Shown: in pieces, positions 55,001 through 62,434 of the stretch | How the letters are laid out: every line of letters starts with the position of its first letter | Position numbering within the stretch: position 1 is the stretch's first letter | Assembly (NCBI GenBank): GCA_963514005.1 | Contig: OY740820.1 | Location: forward strand, 8,494,001 to 8,558,000 | Reading direction: 5' to 3' | DNA length: 64,000 nucleotides | Source: Raja brachyura | Lineage: Eukaryota | Notes under the pieces: model-generated | The model's database searches: none | The model's input: only the letters and a program-made list of their open reading frames with translations | What the model was told of the DNA's origin: nothing | Program-made: the position numbers and the translations under genes

Positions 55001-58000
55001 GGAAATAAAAATCAGTCAAGAAATATTAAACAAAAGAGGTGGAAGTTTAAGGAGAGACAGTAATAAGAGAACTCAGCGGGACAGGCAGCATCTCTGGAGA
55101 GAAGGAATGGGTGACATTTCAGGTTGAGACCCGTCTTCAGACTAATTAGGGATAAGGAAAACGAGAGATATAGACGGTGATGTAGAGAGATGAACAACAA
55201 TATAACCATAACAATTACAGCACGGAAACAGGCAATCTCTGCCCTTCTAGTCCGTGCCGAACACCTAGTCCCATCTACCTGCACTCAGACCATACCCCTC
55301 CATTCCTTTCCCGTCCATATACCTATCCAATTTATTTTTAAATGATAAAATCGAACCTGCCTCCACCACTTCCACTGGAAGCTCATTCCACGCAGCTACC
55401 ACTCTCTGAGTAAAGAAGTTCCCCCTCATGTTACCCCTAAATTTTTGTCCCTTAATTCTCAAATCCTGTCCTCTTGTTTGAATCTTCCCTACTCTCAGTG
55501 GAAAAAGCTTATCGACGTCAACTCTGTCTATCCCTCTCATCATTTTAAAGACCTCTATCAAGTCCCCCCTTAACCTTCTGCGCTCCAAAGAATAAAGACC
55601 TAACTTGTTCAACCTTTCTCTGTAACTTAGGTGCTGAAACCCAGGCCGCATTCTCGTAAATCTCCTCTGTACTCTCTCTATTTTGTTGACATCTTTCCTA
55701 TAATTAGGAGACCAAAATTGTACACCATACTCCAGAATTGGCCTCACCAATGCCTTGTATAATTTTAACATTGCATCCTAACTTTTATACTCAATGAATG
55801 AAAGATATGCAAAAAACGGATCAGCTGTATCCGTCGTTCAAGATGATGACTCTTATACATCGGCGAGACCAAACGCAGACTGAGCAATCGTTTCGCTCAG
55901 CCTGCGTGAACCAACCAGATCTCCCGGTTGCCGGAAACTTTAATTCTCCTTCCCATTCCTACACAGATCTTTCTGTCCTCTGTCTCCTCCATTGTCAGAG
56001 TGAGGCTAAACGCATATTGGAGGAACAACATCTCATATTTTGCTAGGGCAGCTTACAGCCCGGTGGTATGAATATTGGTTTCTCTCACTTCAGGTAGCCC
56101 CGACATTCCCTCTCTCTCTATCCCTTTCGCACCCAAGTCACACTAGTTTCTCGTTTTCATCCTATGAACAGCTTACAATGGGTTACACAAAAAGCTGGAG
56201 AAACTCAGCGGGTGCAGCAGCATCTAAGGAGCGAAGGAGATAGGCGACGTTTCAGGTCGAGACCCTTCTTCAGACGACCCGAAACGTCGCCTATCTCCTT
56301 CGCTCCTTAGATGCTGCTGCACCCGCTGAGTTTCTCCAGCTTTTTGTGTAACCCTCGATTCTCCAGCATCTGCAGTTCCTTCTTTAACAGCTTACAATGG
56401 CCTGTTTCCATCATCATCGTTACTTTTTTGCATATCATTAATTAATTGTTCTTTATCTCTCCACATCTCCGTCTTTATCTCTTGCTTTCCTTATCCCTAA
56501 CCAGTCCGAAGAAGGGTCTCAACCCGAAACGTCACCCAGTCCTCCTCTCCAGGGATGCTGCCTGTCCAGCTGAGTTACTCCAGCATTTTGTGTCTAACTT
56601 CGGTTTAAACCACCATCTGCAGTTCCGTCTTATACTGTAATAAGAGTGACTGGTCTCATCCATGAAGGGTTTTAAACTGCAATTTAAAGGACGAAAGATG
56701 ATTTTTTTTTTTATCATTGAGCCCAAAGCGTCAATCACAGAGACCACTGGAATAAATGGACTGTTGCTTTCAGGTTTCAGCTGGATCTTAGATTTATCTT
56801 TCTTTGGGTGAGATAAGTGTGAGATTCACAATTAGGGGGGAAAGTGGAAATGTCTTGCTTCTGAATGGACTTCCCATTCATGTCACCCAATCTGCTAGGT
56901 GTCTGATAAAGTTTTTGTTTTTATTTCAGATTTTTGCAGTTGCTTTATTTTTTATCTTCTGTAAATGTAGAGTAAGGACCAGTGAATGTTGGAGTATTAA
57001 AATCGGAAGGAACCAATAGCATGGATAAGGATTTGAGGAGAATGGGAGCCAGTTGAGGATGAGACGGTGGTGGGGCTGTAGTTAAGATTCAAGAGCCTGG
57101 TTATCAATGAGAAGATGCTATTCTTGAGCCTGGAGGCAATAGCTCTCAAACTCTTTTACCTTCATCTCAATGGTAACTGAGAGCGTGGCCAGGCTTGCGT
57201 GTTTAGTTTATTGTTGCCGTGCGTGCCAAGGTACAGTGAAAAGCTTTTGTTGCGTATTATCCTGTCAAAGAGAATATTATACATGATTACTGTTAAACCA
57301 TCCACAGTATATAGATCAGCGATAAAGGATACAGCATTTAGTCAAGTCAAGTCAAAAGAGTTTATTGTCATGTGTCCCTAACAGGACAATGAAAATCTTT
57401 CTTTGCATAGCACAACGGAACATAGAAGGCATTGACTACAATTCTATACACAAATACACCCATGAATAAATTAATAAAGTGCAAATAGCAGATGGAGGGA
57501 TATTAATGTTCAGAGTTCCGAGCCAAGTTTAATAGCCTGATGGCTGTGGGGAAGTAGCTATTCCTAAACCGGGTTGTTGCAGTCTTCAGGCTCCTGTACC
57601 TTCTACCCGAAGGTAGCAGGTAAATGAGTGCGTGGCCAGGGTGGTGTGGGTCCTTGATGATGCTGCCAGCCTTTTTGAGGCAGCGACTGTGATAAATAAT
57701 AGTGCAAAATAAAGTCTGAATAAAGATAGTTAAAAGGTCTCCAATGAGATATTTGGGAGATCAGGACCACACTCATGTTGGTGAGAGGACATCGTACTCA
57801 ATAGATAATATGATAAACAAACAAAAAAGATGTCTAATGAATAAAAAAACCCAACATAGTTCAAAACTGCACTACAGTATTTAAGTATTTGCTGTTACCA
57901 TTTTCAAAGAAATAAAAGTGAGTTTCTTGGGTTCCAGGCTTGCCTTCTTCGAAACTAAATGTCAGTTCTACAAGAGAGACCAGTTGATGTTGGCAGCAGG

Positions 58001-61000
58001 GAGACATTATGGAGAACAAGTAAGTGCTTTCTCTCTCCAATTGTCCTGCAGTTTACTTCAGCTCTGAGAATGATCACTTAGCTGATGGATAAATGGCCTT
58101 CCTGATGCTTTCCTCTCATGCCTGTTGTGAGTCAATGCTCTTGGTTAACTTTAGTTAACTTTAATCACTAACCAAACCCTCTCCCACTTCCTCACAGTTC
58201 CTCAAGCAAATGTACGTGCTTGTTTTGGGGCTGGATGTTCTTGGAAACCCGTTTGGCCTCATCAGAGGTCTTTCTGAAGGAGTTGAAGCATTCTTTTATG
58301 AGCCTTTCCAGGTAAGGCAGTGAAAATGCTATCCATTATTTTGAACGTTTCTCCATGTTTTAATGCTCATAACATTGGCGACTGTGATCATTCCAGGGAG
58401 CGGTTCAGGGACCAGAGGAATTTGCTGAGGGCTTTGTGATCGGAGTGAGGAGCTTGCTGGGGCACACGGTCGGTAGGTACCAGCTTTCTATTGACTCTGT
58501 CTTTGGTTTAGATGATGACTATGTCCATTATTCACCAACACATTGATCTCTCCCTGCAGCCTAAAATTACGATTTTCCATACAATTCCATATATTCCATA
58601 TGATATTCCATACAATTAACAGCCCTGCCAATCTTCGTGTTATTCACAGTTACCGATCTCATATCTCTGATCTACATCCAGCTCATTGACATAAATAGAC
58701 ACTAAAGCAGGACAGGCAGCATCTCTGGAGAGAAGGAATGAGTCTGAAGAAGGGGCTTGACCCGAAACGTCACCCATTCCTTCTCTCCTGAGTTACTCCA
58801 ACACTTTATATCTTTAAATTGTTAACTCTCATTAAAGAGCTCCTCATTTACTTAACATATGAGTAGCATGACCACAGATATGCTGTCTGTCCCGCTGAGT
58901 TACTCCAGCATTTCGTGCCTATCTTCGGTGTAAACCAGCTTCTGCACTTCCTTCCTACACTATAAAGTCCATATTTTTCGGATAGTTTCAGAATCGGTCA
59001 TTCACTGGATTTGAAACTTGTGTACAGCCCCAACACGGATGCAGAATACAAATGATCTTATCTACAGGTGGTGCAGCTGGTGTGGTGTCGAGAATCACTG
59101 GCTCAGTTGGCAAAGGTTTGGCTGCTATCACAATGGATAAAGAGTATCAACAGAAGCGGAGGGAAGAAATGAACCGCCAACCCAAAGACTTTGGAGACAG
59201 TTTGGCCAAAGGGGGAAAAGGCCTGATACGGGTAGGTCAAGTTCCTATTATTAAAAGAAAACTACCTGAAGGGGGAAACTTTATGGGCTGTTAAGTACAA
59301 ACATTAGGAACAGCAGTGGAGATGGTCTTTGATCTAGTTGTGGCATTGGGTGAAACTCTGAATCCTTGCACCATCTCCTGCCTGTCCCCAGTTCACTGTG
59401 GTTAACTTCTCTGCTTCTCCAGTCTAAAGTTAATAATCAACGCAGCGTAAATTGAAATGTCTACATCTTTAGACCATGGCTGCTGGTTCTCAACTTCACA
59501 GCCACCTCTAAATAGCATTATTAGAAATGGATCAAAAAATACAGGCTACCTTGAGTATTTTATTGAGAAAGACAAGACAATAAATAATATGCATGATGCG
59601 GTTAATGTTTGAACAAATTCTTTGTAAATGTGGGACCAGATTCGGCAGAACAAAATGAATGACCCAGGAACAAAAGAAGGGGCGGATACTGATCTTTGGG
59701 ATAGAAATACTAGTTCTATCTTCCATAGAGCAGTCGAAGGAAAATAAGTCATAGACACTGTAAGAAAATGTAAAAGCAAATCCTCTACTGATTGGAATGT
59801 TATCGATATGATTATAATACAAAACGTTATTGAGGAAATTGCAGAACCATTAACTCATATCTGTAACGTGTCTTTTCAATCCGGTAAATTTCCGAACAAA
59901 ATTAAAATAGCAAAAGTCATACCATTATATAAAAATGGGGATAGACACCATTTCACAAATTCCAGGCCAGTTTCATTACTCTCCCAATTCTCCCCACCAG
60001 GTCTGCGCCGACCAGCAATCCCCGCACACTAAAACTATCCTACACACTAGGGACAATTTACAATCCTTAACAAAGCCAATTCATCTACAAACCTGTACGT
60101 CTTTGGAGTGTGGAAGGAAGCCAGAGCGCCCGGGGAATCGTGGTGATGGGGAGAATGTACATACTACGTACAGACAGCACCTATAGTCAGGATCGAACCA
60201 GGGTCTCTGGTGCTTTAATGCAGCAACTCTACCGCTGAGCCACCGTGCTAGATGGTTACTGCATCTACAAAACTGTAGGGATATTGTAACAAGTCGACAC
60301 GTGAAGCCTGTATGGTCGTAAGTAGTCGCCCAAAGAGTCGTACCTTTTTCTGGTCACTGCTGGATTTTCAACATTTTGAAAATTTTCGGCGACCTGCTGC
60401 GACTGACGGGTGCGAGCAAGTCGCCGGAAAAAATTGCAGAAGTGGGACAGGCCCTTAAGAAATCTATTCGTATGGAGAATTGCATTATTAAAAACGTGTC
60501 AACAGAGAAAATGGGAGATTTAGGGATCATAAAGTTTCAGGTTTGCAATAATAACTTTTTTTTTCCTGCAACATTTAAGGTATTTTTAATAGGTATAAAT
60601 GTATTTTAGTTGTATTAAAATACTAGACACTATGTCACTATAGTATTGTTGCTCAAGTGTCAAGAGAAACAATTGCTGGCCAATTTCCATAGCCTACTGT
60701 GGTGAAACTATCAGCTGTGTTCTTAACAGGCAATGGAGTCTATTGGAACAGTATTTGTCCCCAGAGCAGCTTTCCTTTCTGCTGTTGTGTTTTAAGTAAC
60801 GTTTAAGTGGTGCTCTGGTTCCCCATAGAAATCATGTTGTAACTATCTACAATGCGATCAATTCATTCCTGTAGCATGGTGACCAGAACTGCACCCAGTA
60901 CTCCAGCTGTGGTCTCAGGTTTTATCACAGCTGCAGCACAACCTCCTTATTTTTATATTCTATGTATCCCATGCTAGTGTTCCATATGGTTTCCCAATGC

Positions 61001-62434
61001 TGTTATCTAGCTGCGTTGCCACTTTTAAGGATAAATGGACGTGCTCCAATGTCCCACTGTTACTACTTTCTAAGATCCTGTCGTACATGGTGTTATTCAC
61101 CTTATTCATGCTCTCCAAATGCTTGACCTCTCGATTATCTGGATTAAACTCCATCTGCCATTTCACCAACACATTGATCTCTCCCTGCAGCCTAAAATGA
61201 CGATATTCCATACAATTAACAACCCAGCCAATCTTCGTGTTATTCACTGTTACAGATCACGCATTCTGATCTACATCCAGGTCATTGACGTAAATAGACA
61301 CAAAAGCAGGTCAAGCAGCATCACTGGAGAGAAGGAACGGGTCTGAAGAAGGGTCTCGACCCAAAACGTCACCCATTGAGTTTGAAGAAGGGTCTTGATC
61401 CGAAACGTCACCCATTCGTTCTCTCTCGAGTTACTCCAGCCCTTTATGTCTTTAAATTGTTGACTCTCGTTAAAGAGCTCCTCATTTACTTAATTGTTTG
61501 CGTAGCATTACCACAGAGATGCTGTCTGTCCCGCTGAGTTATGCCAGCATTTTGTGTCTATCTTTGGTTTAAGCCAGCATCTTCAGTTCCTTCCTACACG
61601 AGAAGGAATGGATGACATTTCGGGTCGAGAACCTTCTTCAGTCTCTATGGGTGATGTTTCGGGTCGAGACCGTTCTTTAGACTGGAGTCTGAAGAACGGT
61701 CGCGACCCAAAGCATCAACCATTCCTTCTCTCCTGAGTACCTCCTGCACTGTATGTCTATAAACCAGCATCTGCAGTTCCTTCCTACACAGGTCATTCAC
61801 GTATTTTACACAGAGCAAGAGTCCCACCAACGATCCTTGTGGGACACAGCGAGTCACAAAAACAGCCTCTCTAATTATCCTCTAACTCCTATTGATAAGT
61901 CAGCTTTAGATCCAGTTTAATAACTTGCCTGGATCCCTTGTGCCCTAACTTTTTCAACTAGTCTCCCATGTGGAACTTTGTCAAAGATCTCACTAAAGTC
62001 CACATAACGTATATCTACAGCCCTGCCCTCACCAATACCTCCTCAAAGAATTCAATCAAATTGATCAGATAGTCTCTGCCTTTGACAAAACAGTCTGAAG
62101 AACAGTCTCGACCCGATATGCCATCTATTCCTTTTCTCCAGAGATGCTGCCTGACCAGCTGAGTTACTCCAGCATTTTGTGTCAAGCCATCTCGGCTTAG
62201 TCCCTGCCTTTCCAAATGATCATAAATCCTCTCCCTCAGATTTTTTATCCAGTGTCTTCCCTCTTGTCATGACACTTTATACTTTTTTTTTCAATGCTCA
62301 AAGAAGCTAAAATGACCCAGTTCCGTACTGGCTCAATTGGCGGATTTCACACAACAAAACAATAATTTATAAACATTTGTTCTTTCAGGGTGTATTGGGA
62401 GGATTTACAGGAATCATCACGAAGCCAGTCGAAG
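2075..62434 (+). CDS. VPS13C: VPS13C (bridge-like lipid transfer protein), internal part: 19 coding exons; gene extends beyond both window ends
   Basis: 19 exons with AG acceptors, GT donors (one GC) and compatible phases give 852 codons with no stop. The peptide follows vertebrate VPS13C as I recall it (e.g. [91 protein letters not shown]). Confidence 0.95.
2712..3095 (+). mobile_element. Penelope-like element 3' tail
   Basis: ttgggcagcttacaccccagc (end of GIY-YIG ORF), pyrimidine tract, hammerhead remnant at about 2999-3028; another PLE fragment at about 291-420. Confidence 0.8.
5392..5452. repeat. 61-bp near-perfect palindrome
   Basis: 30-bp arms, 1-nt centre, one G.T mismatch. Confidence 0.95.
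5867..5971 (+). CDS. VPS13C: VPS13C exon B ([11 protein letters not shown]...KEYL)
   Basis: ttcacaaacag acceptor, CTG|gtgagt donor, 105 nt, phase 0/0. Confidence 0.95.
6150..7470 (-). mobile_element. Two adjacent CR1 3' fragments
   Basis: ORF 7180-7485 ([10 protein letters not shown]...SRTRGH) and CR1 3' UTR motifs. Confidence 0.8.
7948..8112 (+). CDS. VPS13C: VPS13C exon C ([12 protein letters not shown]...YISSAE)
   Basis: atcgcag acceptor, GAG|gtacag donor, 165 nt. Confidence 0.93.
8460..9735. mobile_element. Non-autonomous hAT-type DNA transposon
   Basis: 14-bp perfect TIRs CAGGCACGTGCCGT (8460-8473 / 9722-9735); 8-bp TSD GTCCACAT (8452-8459 / 9736-9743); no transposase; inserted into a Rex1/Babar 3' tail. 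Confidence 0.9.
11415..11940 (-). mobile_element. CR1 3' fragment containing a + strand L2-type 3' end (about 11540-11630)
   Basis: ORF 11707-11904 is CR1 C-terminus; the insert tgtaaagcactttg...aataaaagtgacttgacttg is flanked by a TATCCA repeat (11534-11539 / 11631-11636). Confidence 0.78.
12140..12285. mobile_element. Harbinger-type MITE, right end only
   Basis: GTGGGACATGCCCT+TAA at 12272-12288, preceded by ACGC-rich repeats. Confidence 0.5.
12903..16583 (+). mobile_element. DIRS1-type tyrosine-recombinase retrotransposon, degenerate, with the RT core deleted
   Basis: Gag-like ORF pieces 13079-14309; RT N-terminus ([11 protein letters not shown]...[12 protein letters not shown]); RNase H ([11 protein letters not shown]...ATYLSGKLN); YR pieces ([40 protein letters not shown]). 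The ICR at 16262-16361 is complementary to the left end (12903-12925, 23/23) and the right end (16504-16580, 75/77). Both termini carry TTT. Confidence 0.92.
16702..16830 (+). CDS. VPS13C: VPS13C exon D ([10 protein letters not shown]...LKLDYV)
   Basis: ttttgttgcag acceptor with CTAAC branch-like motifs at 16670-16680, GTG|gtaagt donor, 129 nt; not in the ORF track. Confidence 0.93.
18008..18330 (-). mobile_element. V-SINE (HE1-like)
   Basis: Full copy on the minus strand; further minus copies at about 4100-4330, 24481-24806, 27415-27690, 36098-36366, 50196-50779 (split by CR1) and 59995-60248. Confidence 0.85.
19235..19530. mobile_element. PIF/Harbinger-type MITE
   Basis: TIRs AGGGCTTGTCCCAC / GTGGGACAGGCCCT, flanks TAA and TTA, internal (G)CTACGG repeats; interrupts a V-SINE. 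Confidence 0.75.
20270..20625. mobile_element. PIF/Harbinger-type MITE, largely palindromic
   Basis: 27-bp perfect TIR AGGGCCTGTCCCACTGTACGAAGTAAT, TAA TSD on both sides (20267-20269, 20626-20628). Confidence 0.85.
21345..21478 (+). CDS. VPS13C: VPS13C exon E ([10 protein letters not shown]...FRFKQ)
   Basis: ttttgtcag acceptor, AG|gtctgt donor, 134 nt, ends in phase 2. Confidence 0.92.
21510..22140 (+). mobile_element. Penelope-like element 3' part: GIY-YIG endonuclease remnant plus tail
   Basis: [35 protein letters not shown]...VAQHFN...GMN is a PLE-type GIY-YIG with Cys/His motif; followed by a pyrimidine tract and a degenerate hammerhead at about 22055. Confidence 0.88.
22952..23384. mobile_element. 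Harbinger-type MITE, right end only, carrying a Penelope-tail insertion
   Basis: GTGGGACAGCCCCT at 23371-23384; internal GTCGAAG/GTCGAGG repeats; insertion at 23159-23247. Confidence 0.6.
25590..26400 (-). mobile_element. Old CR1 ORF2 fragment
   Basis: [10 protein letters not shown]...[11 protein letters not shown] linker/RT start on the minus strand. Confidence 0.78.
26521..26548 (+). ncRNA. Minimal hammerhead ribozyme core
   Basis: CTGAAGA a GGGT ctca ACCT GAAAC GTC. Confidence 0.65.
26620..27010 (-). mobile_element. Rex1/Babar LINE RT C-terminal fragment
   Basis: [10 protein letters not shown]...ITAWLGN...RCLRK...PGHSFFSL; related 3' ends at about 8366-9880, 45440-45760 (LPSGKQY...DSFF.AVIRQLN), 52150-52290 and 57080-57790. 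Confidence 0.75.
27082..27208 (+). CDS. VPS13C: VPS13C exon F (SETQEE...[15 protein letters not shown]...LFK)
   Basis: ctcttccgcag acceptor, AAG|gtctgt donor, 127 nt; frame differs from the ORF-track call here. Confidence 0.92.
28940..29505 (-). mobile_element. CR1 3' fragment
   Basis: CR1 3' UTR and RT C-terminus; similar pieces at about 22145-22330, 31495-31745, 33455-33780, 38070-38530 and 48905-49285. Confidence 0.8.
29810..30045 (+). CDS. VPS13C: VPS13C exon G (DQFGQF...AYVGIT)
   Basis: actttacag acceptor, AG|gttagt donor, 236 nt. Confidence 0.95.
30773..30800 (+). ncRNA. Minimal type I hammerhead ribozyme core (Penelope-associated)
   Basis: CTGAAGA + stem II GGGT-ctcg-ACCC + GAAAC + GTC cleavage triplet; all core nucleotides intact. 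Confidence 0.75.
31031..31067. repeat. (GT)18 microsatellite
   Basis: Read directly from the sequence. Confidence 0.97.
32648..32675 (+). ncRNA. Minimal hammerhead ribozyme core
   Basis: CTGAAGA a GGGT cttg ACCC GAAAC GTC inside a fold-back unit at about 32535-32740. Confidence 0.65.
34348..34464 (+). ncRNA. Candidate box C/D snoRNA-like element (copy 1)
   Basis: C box GTGATGA 34363-34369, CTGA at 34386 and 34450, terminal stem; intronic and sense to the host gene; no target identified. Confidence 0.35.
35444..35767 (+). mobile_element. tRNA-derived V-SINE (HE1-like)
   Basis: A box GGTGCAGCGG, B box GGTTCGATCC, V-domain core TTCTCCCCGTG..CGTGGGTTT...TTTCCTCCCACA, CR1-like tail and (CTAAA)n end; another copy at 35016-35327. 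Confidence 0.85.
37965..38056 (+). ncRNA. Candidate box C/D snoRNA-like element (copy 2, internally shorter)
   Basis: C box 37980-37986, D box 38042-38045, terminal stem retained with compensating changes. Confidence 0.28.
39532..39861. mobile_element. PIF/Harbinger-type MITE
   Basis: About 45-bp imperfect TIR (CCCTGTCCCACGGTACGAGTTCATTCCAAGA...), TAA-like flanks; exact ends ambiguous by 1 nt. Confidence 0.75.
40271..40576 (+). mobile_element. V-SINE (HE1-like)
   Basis: Same architecture; an inverted copy lies nearby at 40832-41140. Confidence 0.85.
41195..41339 (+). CDS. VPS13C: VPS13C exon H ([16 protein letters not shown]...SNLE), WWE-like domain
   Basis: ctaacttcag acceptor, GAG|gtaaca donor, 145 nt; not in the ORF track. 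Confidence 0.93.
43187..43321 (+). CDS. VPS13C: VPS13C exon I (ANFHRME...LRAQLYWLQ)
   Basis: ttttcactttag acceptor, CAG|gtaacg donor, 135 nt. Confidence 0.9.
44788..44869 (+). CDS. VPS13C: VPS13C exon J ([11 protein letters not shown]...SIALDS)
   Basis: gtgacag acceptor, G|gtgagc donor, 82 nt. Confidence 0.93.
45087..45156 (+). CDS. VPS13C: VPS13C exon K ([23 protein letters not shown])
   Basis: ctctttag acceptor, AA|gtgagt donor, 70 nt. Confidence 0.93.
45860..46780 (+). mobile_element. CR1 3' fragments
   Basis: [20 protein letters not shown]...SRTRG...FFTQR. Confidence 0.82.
47387..47676 (+). mobile_element. V-SINE (HE1-like)
   Basis: A/B boxes, V domain, (CTAAA)n tail. Confidence 0.85.
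47862..47970 (+). CDS. VPS13C: VPS13C exon L ([18 protein letters not shown]...TQK)
   Basis: ttccctttcag acceptor, AAG|gtaggt donor, 109 nt. Confidence 0.94.
49410..49830 (-). mobile_element. Penelope-like element 3' part
   Basis: Minus-strand [50 protein letters not shown] plus the family tail. Confidence 0.85.
49994..50107 (+). CDS. VPS13C: VPS13C exon M (TSLIDRD...[11 protein letters not shown])
   Basis: ttcttttgtag acceptor, AAG|gtaaag donor, 114 nt. Confidence 0.94.
51298..51870 (-). mobile_element. Penelope-like element 3' part, degenerate
   Basis: Same GIY-YIG C-terminus and tail on the minus strand. Confidence 0.7.
52373..52512 (+). CDS. VPS13C: VPS13C exon N (LHLSLSL...[13 protein letters not shown])
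   Basis: ttctaacag acceptor, AA|gtaagt donor, 140 nt. Confidence 0.94.
52575..54717 (+). mobile_element. CR1 LINE, 5'-truncated, young; RT ORF 52584-54323 with a frameshifted C-terminus 54320-54625
   Basis: [51 protein letters not shown] motifs; 3' end with (TTTCTATG)n microsatellite tail. Confidence 0.95.
54727..54752. repeat. G26 homopolymer
   Basis: Read directly from the sequence; 10 nt after the CR1 3' end. Confidence 0.95.
55200..55795 (-). mobile_element. CR1 LINE 3' fragment nested in a Penelope tail
   Basis: ORF 55265-55771 ([15 protein letters not shown]...FFTQRVV); the Penelope tail resumes at about 55793. Confidence 0.9.
55855..56630 (+). mobile_element. Penelope-like element 3' part with a nested hairpin unit
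   Basis: YIGETKR..., [17 protein letters not shown]...EQHLIF; tail with hammerhead remnant at 56506; insertion at about 56182-56385. Confidence 0.85.
56246..56273 (-). ncRNA. Minimal hammerhead ribozyme core
   Basis: Reverse complement reads CTGAAGA a GGGT ctcg ACCT GAAAC GTC; a similar minus-strand core lies at 37734-37761. Confidence 0.65.
57938..58019 (+). CDS. VPS13C: VPS13C exon O (LAFFETK...RHYGEQ)
   Basis: gttccag acceptor, CAA|gtaagt donor, 82 nt. Confidence 0.92.
58198..58311 (+). CDS. VPS13C: VPS13C exon P ([20 protein letters not shown]...YEPFQ)
   Basis: cttcctcacag acceptor, CAG|gtaagg donor, 114 nt. Confidence 0.95.
58397..58472 (+). CDS. VPS13C: VPS13C exon Q ([12 protein letters not shown]...GHTV)
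   Basis: cattccag acceptor after an 85-nt intron, G|gtaggt donor, 76 nt. Confidence 0.95.
58727..58787 (+). ncRNA. Hammerhead core (58744-58771) closed by a long stem I
   Basis: GGAGAGAAGGAATGAGT-CTGAAGA...GAAACGTC-ACCCATTCCTTCTCTCC; the flanks pair with one mismatch. Confidence 0.65.
59068..59231 (+). CDS. VPS13C: VPS13C exon R ([11 protein letters not shown]...GKGLIR)
   Basis: tctacag acceptor, CGG|gtaggt donor, 164 nt. Confidence 0.95.
59540..59992 (+). mobile_element. AT-rich LINE RT fragment of the L2/Crack group
   Basis: [50 protein letters not shown]; distinct from the CR1 copies. Confidence 0.7.
60290..60455. mobile_element. Harbinger-type MITE, right end only
   Basis: GTGGGACAGGCCCT+TAA at 60442-60458, CpG-rich interior. 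Confidence 0.6.
60870..62250 (-). mobile_element. Old CR1 RT fragment interrupted by several Penelope tails
   Basis: ORFs 60960-61247 (WQMEFNPD), 61645-61857 (VPQGSLVG) and 62015-62215 (NLIEFFEEV). Confidence 0.75.
62389..62434 (+). CDS. VPS13C: VPS13C exon S ([15 protein letters not shown])
   Basis: ttctttcag acceptor, G|gtatgt donor, 46 nt. Confidence 0.93.

Noticed and set aside
2896-61736. Many short ORFs with LKKGLDPKR / [12 protein letters not shown] / [11 protein letters not shown]
   Set aside because: Translations of the non-coding Penelope tail, not a protein family.
17000-62180. Recurring palindromic 30-mer (gggtctcgacccgaaac) as a CRISPR repeat
   Set aside because: Dispersed, in both orientations, with no regular spacers and no cas genes; it is the hammerhead of the Penelope tail in a vertebrate intron.
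2075-62434. Assignment to VPS13A or VPS13D
   Set aside because: The exon peptides follow VPS13C as I recall it nearly residue for residue (e.g. [24 protein letters not shown]); a BLASTP would confirm.
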